Shown: in pieces, positions 32,382 through 42,286 of the stretch
How positions within the stretch are numbered: the stretch's first letter is position 1
Layout: each line of letters opens with the position of its first letter
NCBI GenBank assembly: GCA_964463165.1
Contig: CAYXBK010000010.1
Coordinates: 29,648-93,647 of the forward strand
DNA from: an uncultured Chitinophagales bacterium
GTDB lineage: Bacteria; Bacteroidota; Bacteroidia; Chitinophagales; BACL12
Direction of reading: 5' to 3'
DNA: 64,000 nucleotides
Program-made: the position numbers and the translations under genes
Notes under the pieces: model-generated
Database searches by the model: none
What the model was told of the DNA's origin: nothing
What the model saw: the letters and a program-made list of their open reading frames with translations, nothing else

Positions 32382-33504
32382 TTTTGGTGATCAGCATTCT
32401 GTAAATTGTTTCGGAGCTCATATTGCGCTGAATTGTTTTTTCTTCAATTAATTTAAATCCAAGACGCTTGTATAATTCAACTGCTCTTGTATTTTTTTGA
32501 AGTACCGTCAGATAAATATTTTGTAAATCAAATTTATGGAATCCCATTGAAAGAAATTCCTTTGTTACTGATTGTCCGATTCCTTTATGCCAGTAAGCCG
32601 GTAAGCCGATCAGAATTCCGTAATCACATTGCTGATTGCGCATATCATAAAACCCGGCATGCCCGATTATTTTTTCATTTTCGGCATCAACAATTGCATA
32701 AACAAGATTATAAGGATTGGTGAGATGAAACATTGTCCATTGCTGTAAATCAAATAATGTATAACCGGCATTTTCATGCTCAAGTAAAGATGCTGCTTCG
32801 CGATTATTTTTTACCTCCATCAATTGCGCCGCATCATTTGGTACGGGTTTACGCAAAAGAATACTTTCTGAAATGCTTATACTTTGTTTTCTGCTACGTT
32901 CGTCGTCAAAATCATTTAATGTGGATCGCGGGTCCACCGCAACTTTTTTACCCGGAAATAAAAGCTGTGCGATGGTTTTAAAAAGAATAGTTATATCAAG
33001 GCCAAAAGAAATATGCCCGGTATAAAACACATCCAATGCAAGCCTTTCATCCCACGATAGAATATTTCTTCCGTTAACCTGGGCATATCCGGTAATACCG
33101 GGTTTGACCTGATGCCGTTTTTTTTCTGTTTCTGTGTACCAGGGTAAATATCTTACAAGCAAGGGCCGCGGCCCTACGATACTCATTTCGCCTTTAAACA
33201 CATTTAATAATTGCGGTAATTCGTCGAGCGAAGTGCGGCGCAGAAATTTGCCGACTGCATTTAATCGTTCATGATCGGGCAGAGGTTGTTGTAAATGATC
33301 AACAACATCTTTCATTGTTTTAAATTTAAGCATCATAAATACACGCTCTTTATATCCGGGTCGTTGCTGCAGAAAAAATGGCCTGCCCTGAAATGCAAAC
33401 GTGCATACAAGTGTAATGATTAAAAACAATGGAGATAATGCAATCAACAGGAGAATTGAAAAGAGTAAATCCAAAAAACGCTTTATGTATCTCCTGTAAA
33501 CCAA
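32362..33504 (-). CDS. Initiating phosphoglycosyltransferase (PglC/WbaP C-terminal type) fused to a C-terminal GNAT acetyltransferase domain
   Basis: The N-terminal 200 aa has a re-entrant helix (LLFSILLLIALSPLFLIITLV), KFKTM, DELPQLLNVFKGEMSIVGPRP and PGITGYAQV. The C-terminal 170 aa is RimL-like GNAT (HAGFYD...WHKGIGQS...N.RAVELYKRLGF). Confidence 0.8.
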   Translation of the reverse strand: MVYRRYIKRFLDLLFSILLLIALSPLFLIITLVCTFAFQGRPFFLQQRPGYKERVFMMLKFKTMKDVVDHLQQPLPDHERLNAVGKFLRRTSLDELPQLLNVFKGEMSIVGPRPLLVRYLPWYTETEKKRHQVKPGITGYAQVNGRNILSWDERLALDVFYTGHISFGLDITILFKTIAQLLFPGKKVAVDPRSTLNDFDDERSRKQSISISESILLRKPVPNDAAQLMEVKNNREAASLLEHENAGYTLFDLQQWTMFHLTNPYNLVYAIVDAENEKIIGHAGFYDMRNQQCDYGILIGLPAYWHKGIGQSVTKEFLSMGFHKFDLQNIYLTVLQKNTRAVELYKRLGFKLIEEKTIQRNMSSETIYRMLITKNDLQIS

Positions 33505-33510
33505 TTTTAT

Positions 33511-34767
33511 TTAACCGGATGCTTTAGTTGAATTGACCAGTTTTTCAATATGCATTAAATATTCGTCTGCAAGCAATGTCCTGTCGAAATGTTTTTTTGC
33601 ATATGCATATCCGTTATTTCCCTGGATGGAAATTATTTCAGGCTGCTTTACATATGCCCGCACTTTCTGTGCAAAATCTTCAGGTTGTTCGGGTTCAACA
33701 AACGTCCCGGCACCTGCGTCTTCGATCAATTCTCTTGAAATGCCATCAATTGCCATGAGAATCGGTTTTTTACAAGACATATAATCAAATGTTTTATTGG
33801 AATATACTGTTTTGAACGTATCGGTTTTTTTCAAAACAGATGTACCGATATCCGATGCAATAATATATTTTAATGCTTCTTCTTTGGAAACCGAATCAAT
33901 AAATGTCAGGTTTGGCAATTTGCGTTTTTCAGCTTCTTCCACGAGATATTTTTTCTGCATACCGTCTCCAACAAGTAAAAAATGCACCGGATCATTTCGC
34001 AGAATCGTGCAAGCATCAATTACCTGAATTAAATGATTTGCAACACCGTGTGCTCCTACGTATATTACAACAAGTTTATCATCAATGCCAAGCGATTGCC
34101 GGAATTGTTTGCGGTCAAAAGTCCGGAGTAATTCGTCCGACATGCTAAAATCTGCAGCATTCGGTATCAGGATCAATTTATTTTGAGGGATATTTTTTTT
34201 TGTTTGAAGTGCCTGCAAAAAGGAAGGGGTAAGTACATTGATCAGTTTTGCTTTTTTATAAATGAATGACTCAAACCAAAATGCTCTTCGAATGATAAAT
34301 TTATTTTTTAATATGCCTGTTTCGATTGCTGATTCGGGCCACAGATCCCTCACTTCAAAAATCAGAGGAACCCGCTTTGTGCGTGAAAGAATATATGCCG
34401 GTATGCCCACTGACAATGGCGGAGAACTTACAATGAGCACGTCATATTTTCCTCTTGCCTTAAATATGCCTGCATATAATGAAGAAAATACGAATGAAAA
34501 ATAGGCCCATACCCGGCCGGTATAACTCCTGTTATATTTTTCAGAAACGTGTGTTCTGATCACTTTAATATTTTCAGCAAATGCATCGGTAAAAAAATAC
34601 TTCTTCTTGTATTTTGCATTTTTTAAACCTTTTGTATAATGGGTCATCCCTGCAATGACGGTAATTTTATGTCCTTTTTCTGCCCAAAGCCGCGTCATTT
34701 CATTCCAGCGTAACCCGCCCGGATCATTTTTTTCCTGATAATATTGATGGACCAGTAAAATATTCAT
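33511..34767 (-). CDS. Glycosyltransferase family 4, WbuB-like
   Basis: 418 aa. N-terminus MNILLVHQYYQEKNDPGGLRWNEMTRLWAEKGHKITVI is typical of WbuB-like GT4 enzymes, with a C-terminal GT-B domain. Confidence 0.75.
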   Translation of the reverse strand: MNILLVHQYYQEKNDPGGLRWNEMTRLWAEKGHKITVIAGMTHYTKGLKNAKYKKKYFFTDAFAENIKVIRTHVSEKYNRSYTGRVWAYFSFVFSSLYAGIFKARGKYDVLIVSSPPLSVGIPAYILSRTKRVPLIFEVRDLWPESAIETGILKNKFIIRRAFWFESFIYKKAKLINVLTPSFLQALQTKKNIPQNKLILIPNAADFSMSDELLRTFDRKQFRQSLGIDDKLVVIYVGAHGVANHLIQVIDACTILRNDPVHFLLVGDGMQKKYLVEEAEKRKLPNLTFIDSVSKEEALKYIIASDIGTSVLKKTDTFKTVYSNKTFDYMSCKKPILMAIDGISRELIEDAGAGTFVEPEQPEDFAQKVRAYVKQPEIISIQGNNGYAYAKKHFDRTLLADEYLMHIEKLVNSTKASG

Positions 34768-36653
34768 TCTCCTCTCAAACTAATGATGGTTTTGATTTGC
34801 CTTCCGTTGGTTGTATACCGGATTTGTTTTATTTCTTCTTTCATTCCATAAGTATCAGAAAAATATCCCTGTTGATATGCAGGATCAATCCGATTTCCAT
34901 TTTCATCAAAAGAAGAAATATCAAAATGATCGTAAAAATACGGCGAAGGATTCCAGATTTGCGTAAGCGGTAAACCGGTATGCCCAGAAATGAAATCATC
35001 AATCACCCAAATCGTTTTATTTTTTTCTTTTGTTACCTCTCTTTTATACTCAACCCATTTACCGGTTTGCCTGAATGCTTTAATTGATCCTGAAAAATTC
35101 CATTTTGTTTCCGATTCGTTTATTGCTGCATGTTTACGATTTGTCCAGTAATACCAGATAAATCTTCCGCCTTTCAGCATTTGATCAAGCTGCCCGATCT
35201 GAACCGTATTATGCGATTGAGTGCCGAAATAAAATGAATTTATCTGCTGCTCACCGTTATATTGAAAAGTACCTGCATCACGCATAATATTCTCTTTGCC
35301 AAACCAAAGATCTAAATGCAGATTATCTGCCTGTGACGGCCGATGCGAATGATTGCCGCAGCGAATAAATGTGAATGTTTTTTGATCTCTGTGAAAATAA
35401 TATCCACCTTCCTCAAAACCACCTGTCGCAGTTTGCTGCTGATTTATTTTTTCTGGTGAAGTTATTTCAGGAATAAACCATGCAGCATCTTCAAATACCT
35501 GATCGAAACCCAAACCTGCATGCAACTGAATACTTAAAGCCTGTAATTGCGGGCGAAAATCCCGGTAAGCATGATCGTTCAACGGAAAAAATAGCGATCC
35601 GTCATTATTTCCGTAATTTGGTAAATAGCCACTGTCTTTTTGCATGACCGAAAATAAAAATGCAATCGTTTTTCGCCCTTTTTCAAAAACATTTTCTGAT
35701 AATGCGATTTGATTTTTTTTGCAGAGTCCAATAACCCACGACAATAATTGTACAACAACCCGGTTATAATTTGTTGAATACTGCAGGTAGGTACCGTCTT
35801 TATAAATCTGGTATTTGATTTCTTTTTCGAATATGCGTAAACTTTTTTTCCTCCATTTTGGTGATTCGGGTAAAGATGGAAATAAAACGGAGACTGTAAA
35901 TAATGCTGCAGCTTCAGTGAGAATGTGATTATTGCGGACAAATTTCTGACTGAATTCCAATGTATTGTCGATATGTATTGCCTGCTGTTGAATGGATTGC
36001 ATTATTTTCCTGAACGCAGGTTCGGTTAATGCCGTTGCGTTTTTATAATAGGTAAGGAAGAAGCACCAATTCATGATGCGCAATCCGATTTCCTGGCTTG
36101 AAATATAATGCGGTCCGCAATTGAATGGTGCATGATCGATCCATGAAAGCATTTCTTTGATTACAAAATCTGAGCAATCTATGTCGAAGTGATAATCGTA
36201 CCTGACAATCGTATATAAATAGCAAAACCGCGATTTCTCCCAAACGTACTTGATATCACGCCCGGCGCTGAAATCATTTATTTTTGTCCAGTGTTTTGTT
36301 CCGTCGTATATATAGCCATCTGTGGGATCGGTGAGCCAATTGTATTTTTCTCCCAATGGAAAATATGCTCCATTAAAAAACTGAATATTCCCAGATAAAA
36401 TACGTTCTGCTTTTTCCCTGAGTACCGGATTTTTGTTTTTTGCAATCACCAACGATGATTTGGAATCAAAGAAAAAATTATTTGTTTGGATCCAATCCTG
36501 CAAGTACACAACAGCTGGTGTATTTGATTCAATTGAAAATTTCCGTTTGTAAAAAAATGTTTTCTTCCTGATTTCATAAACGATCCGGTTAAACCAATAG
36601 CTTAATCCCATTGCTTTAAGCAGAAAAATCATTCTGGTTAATTTGTTTTCCAA
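34764..36653 (-). CDS. Heparinase II/III-like family protein (function in biosynthetic loci unknown)
   Basis: 629 aa. The central segment has NNH (FVRNNHILTEAAAL) and the C-terminal segment has H.H.D.L.L....G (GNHSHRPSQADNLHLDLWFGKENIMRDAGT), which is typical of the Hepar_II_III fold. Confidence 0.65.
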   Translation of the reverse strand: MENKLTRMIFLLKAMGLSYWFNRIVYEIRKKTFFYKRKFSIESNTPAVVYLQDWIQTNNFFFDSKSSLVIAKNKNPVLREKAERILSGNIQFFNGAYFPLGEKYNWLTDPTDGYIYDGTKHWTKINDFSAGRDIKYVWEKSRFCYLYTIVRYDYHFDIDCSDFVIKEMLSWIDHAPFNCGPHYISSQEIGLRIMNWCFFLTYYKNATALTEPAFRKIMQSIQQQAIHIDNTLEFSQKFVRNNHILTEAAALFTVSVLFPSLPESPKWRKKSLRIFEKEIKYQIYKDGTYLQYSTNYNRVVVQLLSWVIGLCKKNQIALSENVFEKGRKTIAFLFSVMQKDSGYLPNYGNNDGSLFFPLNDHAYRDFRPQLQALSIQLHAGLGFDQVFEDAAWFIPEITSPEKINQQQTATGGFEEGGYYFHRDQKTFTFIRCGNHSHRPSQADNLHLDLWFGKENIMRDAGTFQYNGEQQINSFYFGTQSHNTVQIGQLDQMLKGGRFIWYYWTNRKHAAINESETKWNFSGSIKAFRQTGKWVEYKREVTKEKNKTIWVIDDFISGHTGLPLTQIWNPSPYFYDHFDISSFDENGNRIDPAYQQGYFSDTYGMKEEIKQIRYTTNGRQIKTIISLRGE

Positions 36654-36672
36654 TCTGAAGAAAAATAATAAA

Positions 36673-38784
36673 TTAGAGACGCACTACTTTATTTTCGCGG
36701 ATACTTGTGAGAGCCGCAAATGTGGCGCTTGTTGTATTGAGGATTGATTGCACGGATAATGCCGCTGTTTCCCCGTCTGCGATCACATGCATAATATGCC
36801 CTATTAATTCATCATGTCCTTTATTTTGTTTTCCGGAAACAGAAGAAAAATTGCGATATCCAAATCCGGAAAGTTTTCTGAAATTATCAAGGACTAAAAT
36901 TTTACCCTGTGCATAAATTTCAATTGTTTCTTTTGGATAAGCTTTATGCCCATTTGTGAGGTAATGAATTGTACCTGAACTTCCGTTTTTAAATTTTAAT
37001 TGTATTGTGAAATTGGGATCCTGGATATCGCTTCCGGATGCCGAAGCAAAAACTTCAGACACTTCTGAAGAAGTGAAGTAATTCATGAGATCAAAAAAAT
37101 GACACGCTTCACCCACGATCCGGCCGCCACCTGATTTTAAATCGTTCAGCCAATGATCAGCCGGTAATTTTCCGGCATTGATCGTCATGATGATCTGCAA
37201 ATCAGTTGTATCACCAATTAATGATTTTGCTTTTTGTGCGAGTGGTGAAAAACGACGGTTAAATCCGACAAATAAATGCCCCTTCACATTTTCTTTCTCA
37301 AAATAATTTTTTATTTGCACGAGCTGTTCTTCATTTATCGAAAGTGGTTTTTCGACATAAACATGTTTTCCGGCATGCAATCCTTTCAGAACATATTCGG
37401 TATGCGAATCGTGCCTGGTTGTAATCATGATCAGGTTTGTGTCCGGATCCTGTATAAGATCATCCATTGCAGTTGTTACAACAGGAATATTAAATTTCTT
37501 TGCCAGAAGTGTCGCATGCATACCATTCAGTGAACAAATCGTTTTTATGGATGCAGCTGTTTTTTTAATTGCAGGTAATAATGTTGATTTTGTAAAATCT
37601 CCCGCTCCGATCAATCCGATATTAATTTTGGTTTTTGCAAATGAAAACGTAGGTATTTGCAAAGTCGTGGATGTATCCGGTTTTTCGGGATATTGAATTA
37701 TTGAAGCAATGGATGAAGTGCCCTGCAGTTGATTATAAATTTCCTGATATTGCTGCAGCGGGGTTTTTTTTGATATGATCTGATTGATCTCCACTTTTTT
37801 TTCTGCAAGAAGCATTAAAAAAGATTCAAAATTTCTTTGGGCCGTAAATCTCACATATGCACGCGGATAATCGATGCCTCCAAATTCATATGTATCGTCG
37901 TAACGACCGGGGCCATAGGAACAGGAAACCCGGAAGGTTAATTCTTTTTTATAAAATGCATCCCTGTTGATTTCAATTCCGGTAACGCCGACAAGAATTA
38001 TATTTCCTTTTTTTCTTGTGATTGCTGCAGATTGATGAATGATATCCGAATTTTTTGATGATGCTGCAATAATTACAGCATCCACACCCTGATATCCTGT
38101 TTCTGCATTGCAAACAGATTCAATTTCAACATGCTTTGAATTGAAGGCCCTGATCTGTAATTTTTTTGCAAGCTGAATTTTTTCATCTGCAATATCAAAA
38201 CCAATCACATGTGCACCTGCAGCCTGCAGTAGTTGTGCCGTTAATAAACCGATGAGCCCCAGCCCGATTACTGCAACATGATCGCCAAGCTGTACTTCAG
38301 CAAGTCGAATTCCCTGAATTGCAATTGCACCTACCGGGGCAAACGACGCTTCCTCAAAAGAAACATTTGCAGGGATATGCACAACAAGATTTTTCGGAAC
38401 AGAAACAAATTCGGCGTGATTTCCATTTGATGCAACACGATCGCCCACTTTAAATTCGGTAACATCATCACCAACGCCAACAACAATTCCTGCATTGCAA
38501 TATCCTAAAGGCAGCGGTACATCCAATTTATTAAATACAGCTTCAAGTGTCGGCAATAAACCGTCGGATTTAATTTTATTTAAAACCTGTTCAACACGTT
38601 CGGGCTGCTGCCGGGCTTTTGTTAATAAATTTGCTTTGCTGAATTCCACGAGCATTTTTTCAGTTCCGGCAGAAACAAGACTGCATACTGATTGAATTAA
38701 TACATGCCCTTTTTGAATTGCAGGTACGGGAATGTCTTCGAGCATTGTTTCACCGGATCGTAAATGCTGTATGATTTGTTTCAT
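36673..38784 (-). CDS. Bi-domain oxidoreductase: N-terminal Zn-dependent MDR alcohol-dehydrogenase-like fused to C-terminal Gfo/Idh/MocA
   Basis: 703 aa. N-terminal GroES-like and Rossmann parts (VAVIGLGLIGLL). The second Rossmann starts at INIGLIGAGDFT, followed by EKPL, a Gfo/Idh/MocA hallmark. Confidence 0.75.
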   Translation of the reverse strand: MKQIIQHLRSGETMLEDIPVPAIQKGHVLIQSVCSLVSAGTEKMLVEFSKANLLTKARQQPERVEQVLNKIKSDGLLPTLEAVFNKLDVPLPLGYCNAGIVVGVGDDVTEFKVGDRVASNGNHAEFVSVPKNLVVHIPANVSFEEASFAPVGAIAIQGIRLAEVQLGDHVAVIGLGLIGLLTAQLLQAAGAHVIGFDIADEKIQLAKKLQIRAFNSKHVEIESVCNAETGYQGVDAVIIAASSKNSDIIHQSAAITRKKGNIILVGVTGIEINRDAFYKKELTFRVSCSYGPGRYDDTYEFGGIDYPRAYVRFTAQRNFESFLMLLAEKKVEINQIISKKTPLQQYQEIYNQLQGTSSIASIIQYPEKPDTSTTLQIPTFSFAKTKINIGLIGAGDFTKSTLLPAIKKTAASIKTICSLNGMHATLLAKKFNIPVVTTAMDDLIQDPDTNLIMITTRHDSHTEYVLKGLHAGKHVYVEKPLSINEEQLVQIKNYFEKENVKGHLFVGFNRRFSPLAQKAKSLIGDTTDLQIIMTINAGKLPADHWLNDLKSGGGRIVGEACHFFDLMNYFTSSEVSEVFASASGSDIQDPNFTIQLKFKNGSSGTIHYLTNGHKAYPKETIEIYAQGKILVLDNFRKLSGFGYRNFSSVSGKQNKGHDELIGHIMHVIADGETAALSVQSILNTTSATFAALTSIRENKVVRL

Positions 38785-39932
38785 GCAATTTCTTTTTTAA
38801 TGAACTTTTTATTTGCAATTATCCATTGCAAAATTCTTTCCGATGCATGGCCGTCGCCATATGGGTTATTTGCTGAAATCATTTTTTGATACACTGCAGG
38901 TTGCATTAATAATTCATTTATTGCTTCGGTGATTTTATCTGCATACGCACCTGTCAATTTTACCGTACCCGCCTCAACTGCCTCGGGCCGCTCCGTTACA
39001 TCCCGCATTACAATCACCGGTTTACCAATCGCAGGGCCTTCTTCCTGAATACCACCTGAATCGGTAAGAAGTAAAAAACTCTGCTTCATCAGATAAACAA
39101 AATCAGGATAGGAAAGCGGGTCGCAAAGAATAATATTATTTATTCCGGACAGATATTTTTTAACGACATCATGCACGGAGGGATTTAAATGTACAGGATA
39201 AATAATTTTTACCTGCGGATGTTGTGTTGCGATGGTTTGCAATGCTTTGCAAATTTCATCAAAACCATTTCCAAAATTTTCACGCCTGTGCCCTGTAACG
39301 AGAATTATTTTTTCTGACGGTTTGATTTGAAGTAAACGTTTGTCCGTCACCTGATCAGAAAAACGATTTACCTTATTACTTGTGAACAACAAACTATCTA
39401 TTACGGTATTTCCTGTGAGAATAATTTTTTCAGAAGTTACTCCTTCATTTAATAAATTCTGTACATTCAATTTTGTTGGTGCAAAATGATAACTGGCAAG
39501 TTTTGATGTAAGCACCCTGTTTGCTTCTTCGGGAAAAGGTGCATCCATATTAAATGTGCGCAGCCCCGCTTCGATATGCGCAACCGGGATTTTTTTATAA
39601 AATGCCGCCAATGCAGTTGCAAAACACGTATTTGTATCGCCATGCACAAGCACAAGGTCGGGTGTATACATTTCAAATAAACCGGATATCGAGAAAATAA
39701 TTTTTGATGTGATATCCGATAAATGCTGACCGGGCGACATAATCGAAAGATCTGAATCTACACGCAATTCAAAAAAATCAATTACCTGTTGCAGCATTTC
39801 CTTATGCTGGCTGCTGATGCAAAGATGATGTCGGATTGAATCTTCATTATTGAGTTGCCTGATGAGCATCGCCATTTTAATTGCCTCGGGCCGGGTGCCC
39901 ACAACTGTAAATACTTTTAATTTTTCATGCAT
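38781..39932 (-). CDS. wecB: UDP-N-acetylglucosamine 2-epimerase (WecB-type)
   Basis: 383 aa with GTRPEAIKMA, HGDTNT, HIEAGLRTFN and PFPEEANR. Confidence 0.85.
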   Translation of the reverse strand: MHEKLKVFTVVGTRPEAIKMAMLIRQLNNEDSIRHHLCISSQHKEMLQQVIDFFELRVDSDLSIMSPGQHLSDITSKIIFSISGLFEMYTPDLVLVHGDTNTCFATALAAFYKKIPVAHIEAGLRTFNMDAPFPEEANRVLTSKLASYHFAPTKLNVQNLLNEGVTSEKIILTGNTVIDSLLFTSNKVNRFSDQVTDKRLLQIKPSEKIILVTGHRRENFGNGFDEICKALQTIATQHPQVKIIYPVHLNPSVHDVVKKYLSGINNIILCDPLSYPDFVYLMKQSFLLLTDSGGIQEEGPAIGKPVIVMRDVTERPEAVEAGTVKLTGAYADKITEAINELLMQPAVYQKMISANNPYGDGHASERILQWIIANKKFIKKEIA

Positions 39933-41193
39933 GGAGCGTATTTGGCCTCAGGGCTTTTTTGGGTATGACTGATTTTTTTAATATGGTAGATTTTTCAGGA
40001 TTGATATTATACAACAGCATGAAAATAAACCACGGATAAAAGAGAAATTGGCCACCTGTAATATTACTTTCAAAAAAAGGAATGATAAGCAAAGGGGCAA
40101 AAAGGAGATAGTATTTTGAATAATACTTGATATAATGGTATAAGGGCCGCAAAACCATAAATAAAATAAACATCAAAAACAAAACGACACCTCCTCCAAA
40201 CAATATTTCCAGATAGGAATTATGGTAATCTGAAAGCGGCATATTTGCAATGATCTTATAATTAAACATGCCGACGCCCGTCAGCCATAAAATGTCATGC
40301 TGATTAAAATACTTAATAACCGTATTTGCCGTATTCAATCTTTCTTCACCGCGTTCAAATTGTGTTTGTGTCATTTCGAGACGGGCATTTAAAGAAGATT
40401 CAGGAATTTTTGAAAACCATATGACTCCTGCAATGGGTATGATTGTCATCAATATTTTAAAATCAATGCGCACAGTTTCGAGGCGTACAACAAATACCAG
40501 CATTGCGAGTATAAGGGAAAGCCATGAGGCCCTGTTACCGGATACAAGTGTAATATACAATGCGATCACTGTGAAAACAAACAAGAATATTCGGTGCAGT
40601 TTACGCGGTCGTGATGTAAAGAAAATATCGATGGAAGATAAAATAAATACGGTTGAGGCCCAGCCATACTGGTTTGAAATAAATATCTGGCCTGCTGCAG
40701 AACTCTGACCGTAAATATTGATTTGCTGAAATCCTGCCCCTGATAATACATACGTAATTACTGGAATTGCATATACGAGGTTTATAGCTTTAACGAATGC
40801 ACGGATGAGACTGTATACATTGTATTTTGAAAGCAGGTTATGCAGTGCAACATATATATAAACAAAAGGAGCAAGAAAACCGGAAGCAGTTTTAAGTGAA
40901 AACAAAATATTTTCTGAAAAAAATGAAATCAGAAAAACCCAGAAACAAAATACCAGAATATAAACAACAGAAGGAGAGGGGATTGTTTTTTTATTCAGGC
41001 TCATCGTTCTGATCAATCCTATTGCTGATAGCAACAGCATAAAACTTTTCAGAATTTTCATCGACTCAATTGTGGCGCCGTTTGTATAAACAGACAGTCC
41101 GTATCCAATGATCACCAATGCGGCATTGATGTTCAGGAAAATGAAATCAAGATTCCTGAAAATCTGTTTTTCAACTGATACCTGCCGTCTCAT
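39925..41193 (-). CDS. wzy: O-antigen polymerase/ligase-family membrane protein (Wzy-like)
   Basis: 422 aa with about 10-11 TM segments and one larger loop (LNARLEMTQTQFERGEERL). Located in a Wzx/Wzy-type locus. Confidence 0.65.
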   Translation of the reverse strand: MRRQVSVEKQIFRNLDFIFLNINAALVIIGYGLSVYTNGATIESMKILKSFMLLLSAIGLIRTMSLNKKTIPSPSVVYILVFCFWVFLISFFSENILFSLKTASGFLAPFVYIYVALHNLLSKYNVYSLIRAFVKAINLVYAIPVITYVLSGAGFQQINIYGQSSAAGQIFISNQYGWASTVFILSSIDIFFTSRPRKLHRIFLFVFTVIALYITLVSGNRASWLSLILAMLVFVVRLETVRIDFKILMTIIPIAGVIWFSKIPESSLNARLEMTQTQFERGEERLNTANTVIKYFNQHDILWLTGVGMFNYKIIANMPLSDYHNSYLEILFGGGVVLFLMFILFMVLRPLYHYIKYYSKYYLLFAPLLIIPFFESNITGGQFLFYPWFIFMLLYNINPEKSTILKKSVIPKKALRPNTLHA

Positions 41194-42286
41194 ATTCTTT
41201 TATCAGAGAAAGAAAATTAGTAAACATTTGCTGAACCGAGAATTTTTCAGAAAATACATGTGCTTCATTTATTTTTTGTTCCCGCAAAACATGATCTTCA
41301 ACCGCAGTGGTAATTACTTTTGCGAGATCTTTTGCATTGCCTGGTTCAGCTATAAATGCACACCTTCCATAATCTGTTACCTCAGGAATACCGCCGGCAT
41401 TTGTTGTGATCACGGCACAACCCAAACGCATCGCTTCAATATTGCTTACTCCAAGCGCTTCTTTGAGAGACGGCACACAGAAAAAATCCGCCTCACGCAT
41501 CAGTTGATAAATTACTTCCTGCGGCTGATATCCTTTTAATTCAAATTCAATTTCAGCAGATTCAAATAATTTGGAAATAGTTTCGGCTTCAGATGGATCG
41601 GTACCGGCAACAATACATTTTGTTTTGAATTGTAACTGTTTTAACGCTTCAGCCAAAATAAACAGGCCGCCTCTTTTATAATCATTTTTGACAAATAATA
41701 TTACCGGAATTTTATTTTCACGTTTCTGATAAGAATTTTCAATCTCCACCGCTTTATATAACCTGAAAAGTTTTGTTGGTTTGATGTGATACGCATGCTG
41801 CAATGTGTTACTCAAATAATCTGAATTCACAACTACCTTGTCAACTAATTTACCAGCCAGCCATTCAGTAAATGAAAATACAGTTGACTTGAACCAGCGT
41901 GGTTTCAGAAAATCCCTGAAAAATTTTACCGAAGCATTATTATCATCATTGATAAAACCGATCACGGGAGAAAAACCAAGTGCACTGCGCAATGCAATGA
42001 TTGCATTATTATAAATCAGGATGTCGAATTTAAATCCGGCACGATAAATTTCCATGGCTCTTTTGTGATAGCGGAACATACGCAGAAACATACCCGATTT
42101 GCGCATATAAAATGGAATTTGCAATTTCAGCTGATACACTTTCGGTGTTTCGTGATCTGTATCTTCTGTTAAAATGCGCAAATCCATATCTTTTTCCAGG
42201 GTGTTAAGAGACAGAAGTAAATTCGCAAATTTTGCCGGGCCATTTGTAACCGTTTGAAATGAATTTGTGCAAAATAATATTTTCAT
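41171..42286 (-). CDS. Glycosyltransferase family 4
   Basis: 371 aa. C-terminal E-x7-E region FFCVPSLKEALGVSNIEAMRLGCAVITTNAGGIPEV. Confidence 0.8.
   Translation of the reverse strand: MKILFCTNSFQTVTNGPAKFANLLLSLNTLEKDMDLRILTEDTDHETPKVYQLKLQIPFYMRKSGMFLRMFRYHKRAMEIYRAGFKFDILIYNNAIIALRSALGFSPVIGFINDDNNASVKFFRDFLKPRWFKSTVFSFTEWLAGKLVDKVVVNSDYLSNTLQHAYHIKPTKLFRLYKAVEIENSYQKRENKIPVILFVKNDYKRGGLFILAEALKQLQFKTKCIVAGTDPSEAETISKLFESAEIEFELKGYQPQEVIYQLMREADFFCVPSLKEALGVSNIEAMRLGCAVITTNAGGIPEVTDYGRCAFIAEPGNAKDLAKVITTAVEDHVLREQKINEAHVFSEKFSVQQMFTNFLSLIKEYETAGIS

Noticed and set aside
41108-41539. 143-aa plus-strand ORF antisense to wzy and the GT4 gene. Similar antisense ORFs occur at 58561-58986, 22768-23148, 19148-19507 and 35579-35941.
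   Set aside because: They lie wholly inside well-supported genes on the opposite strand, have low-complexity or odd composition, and show no independent support.
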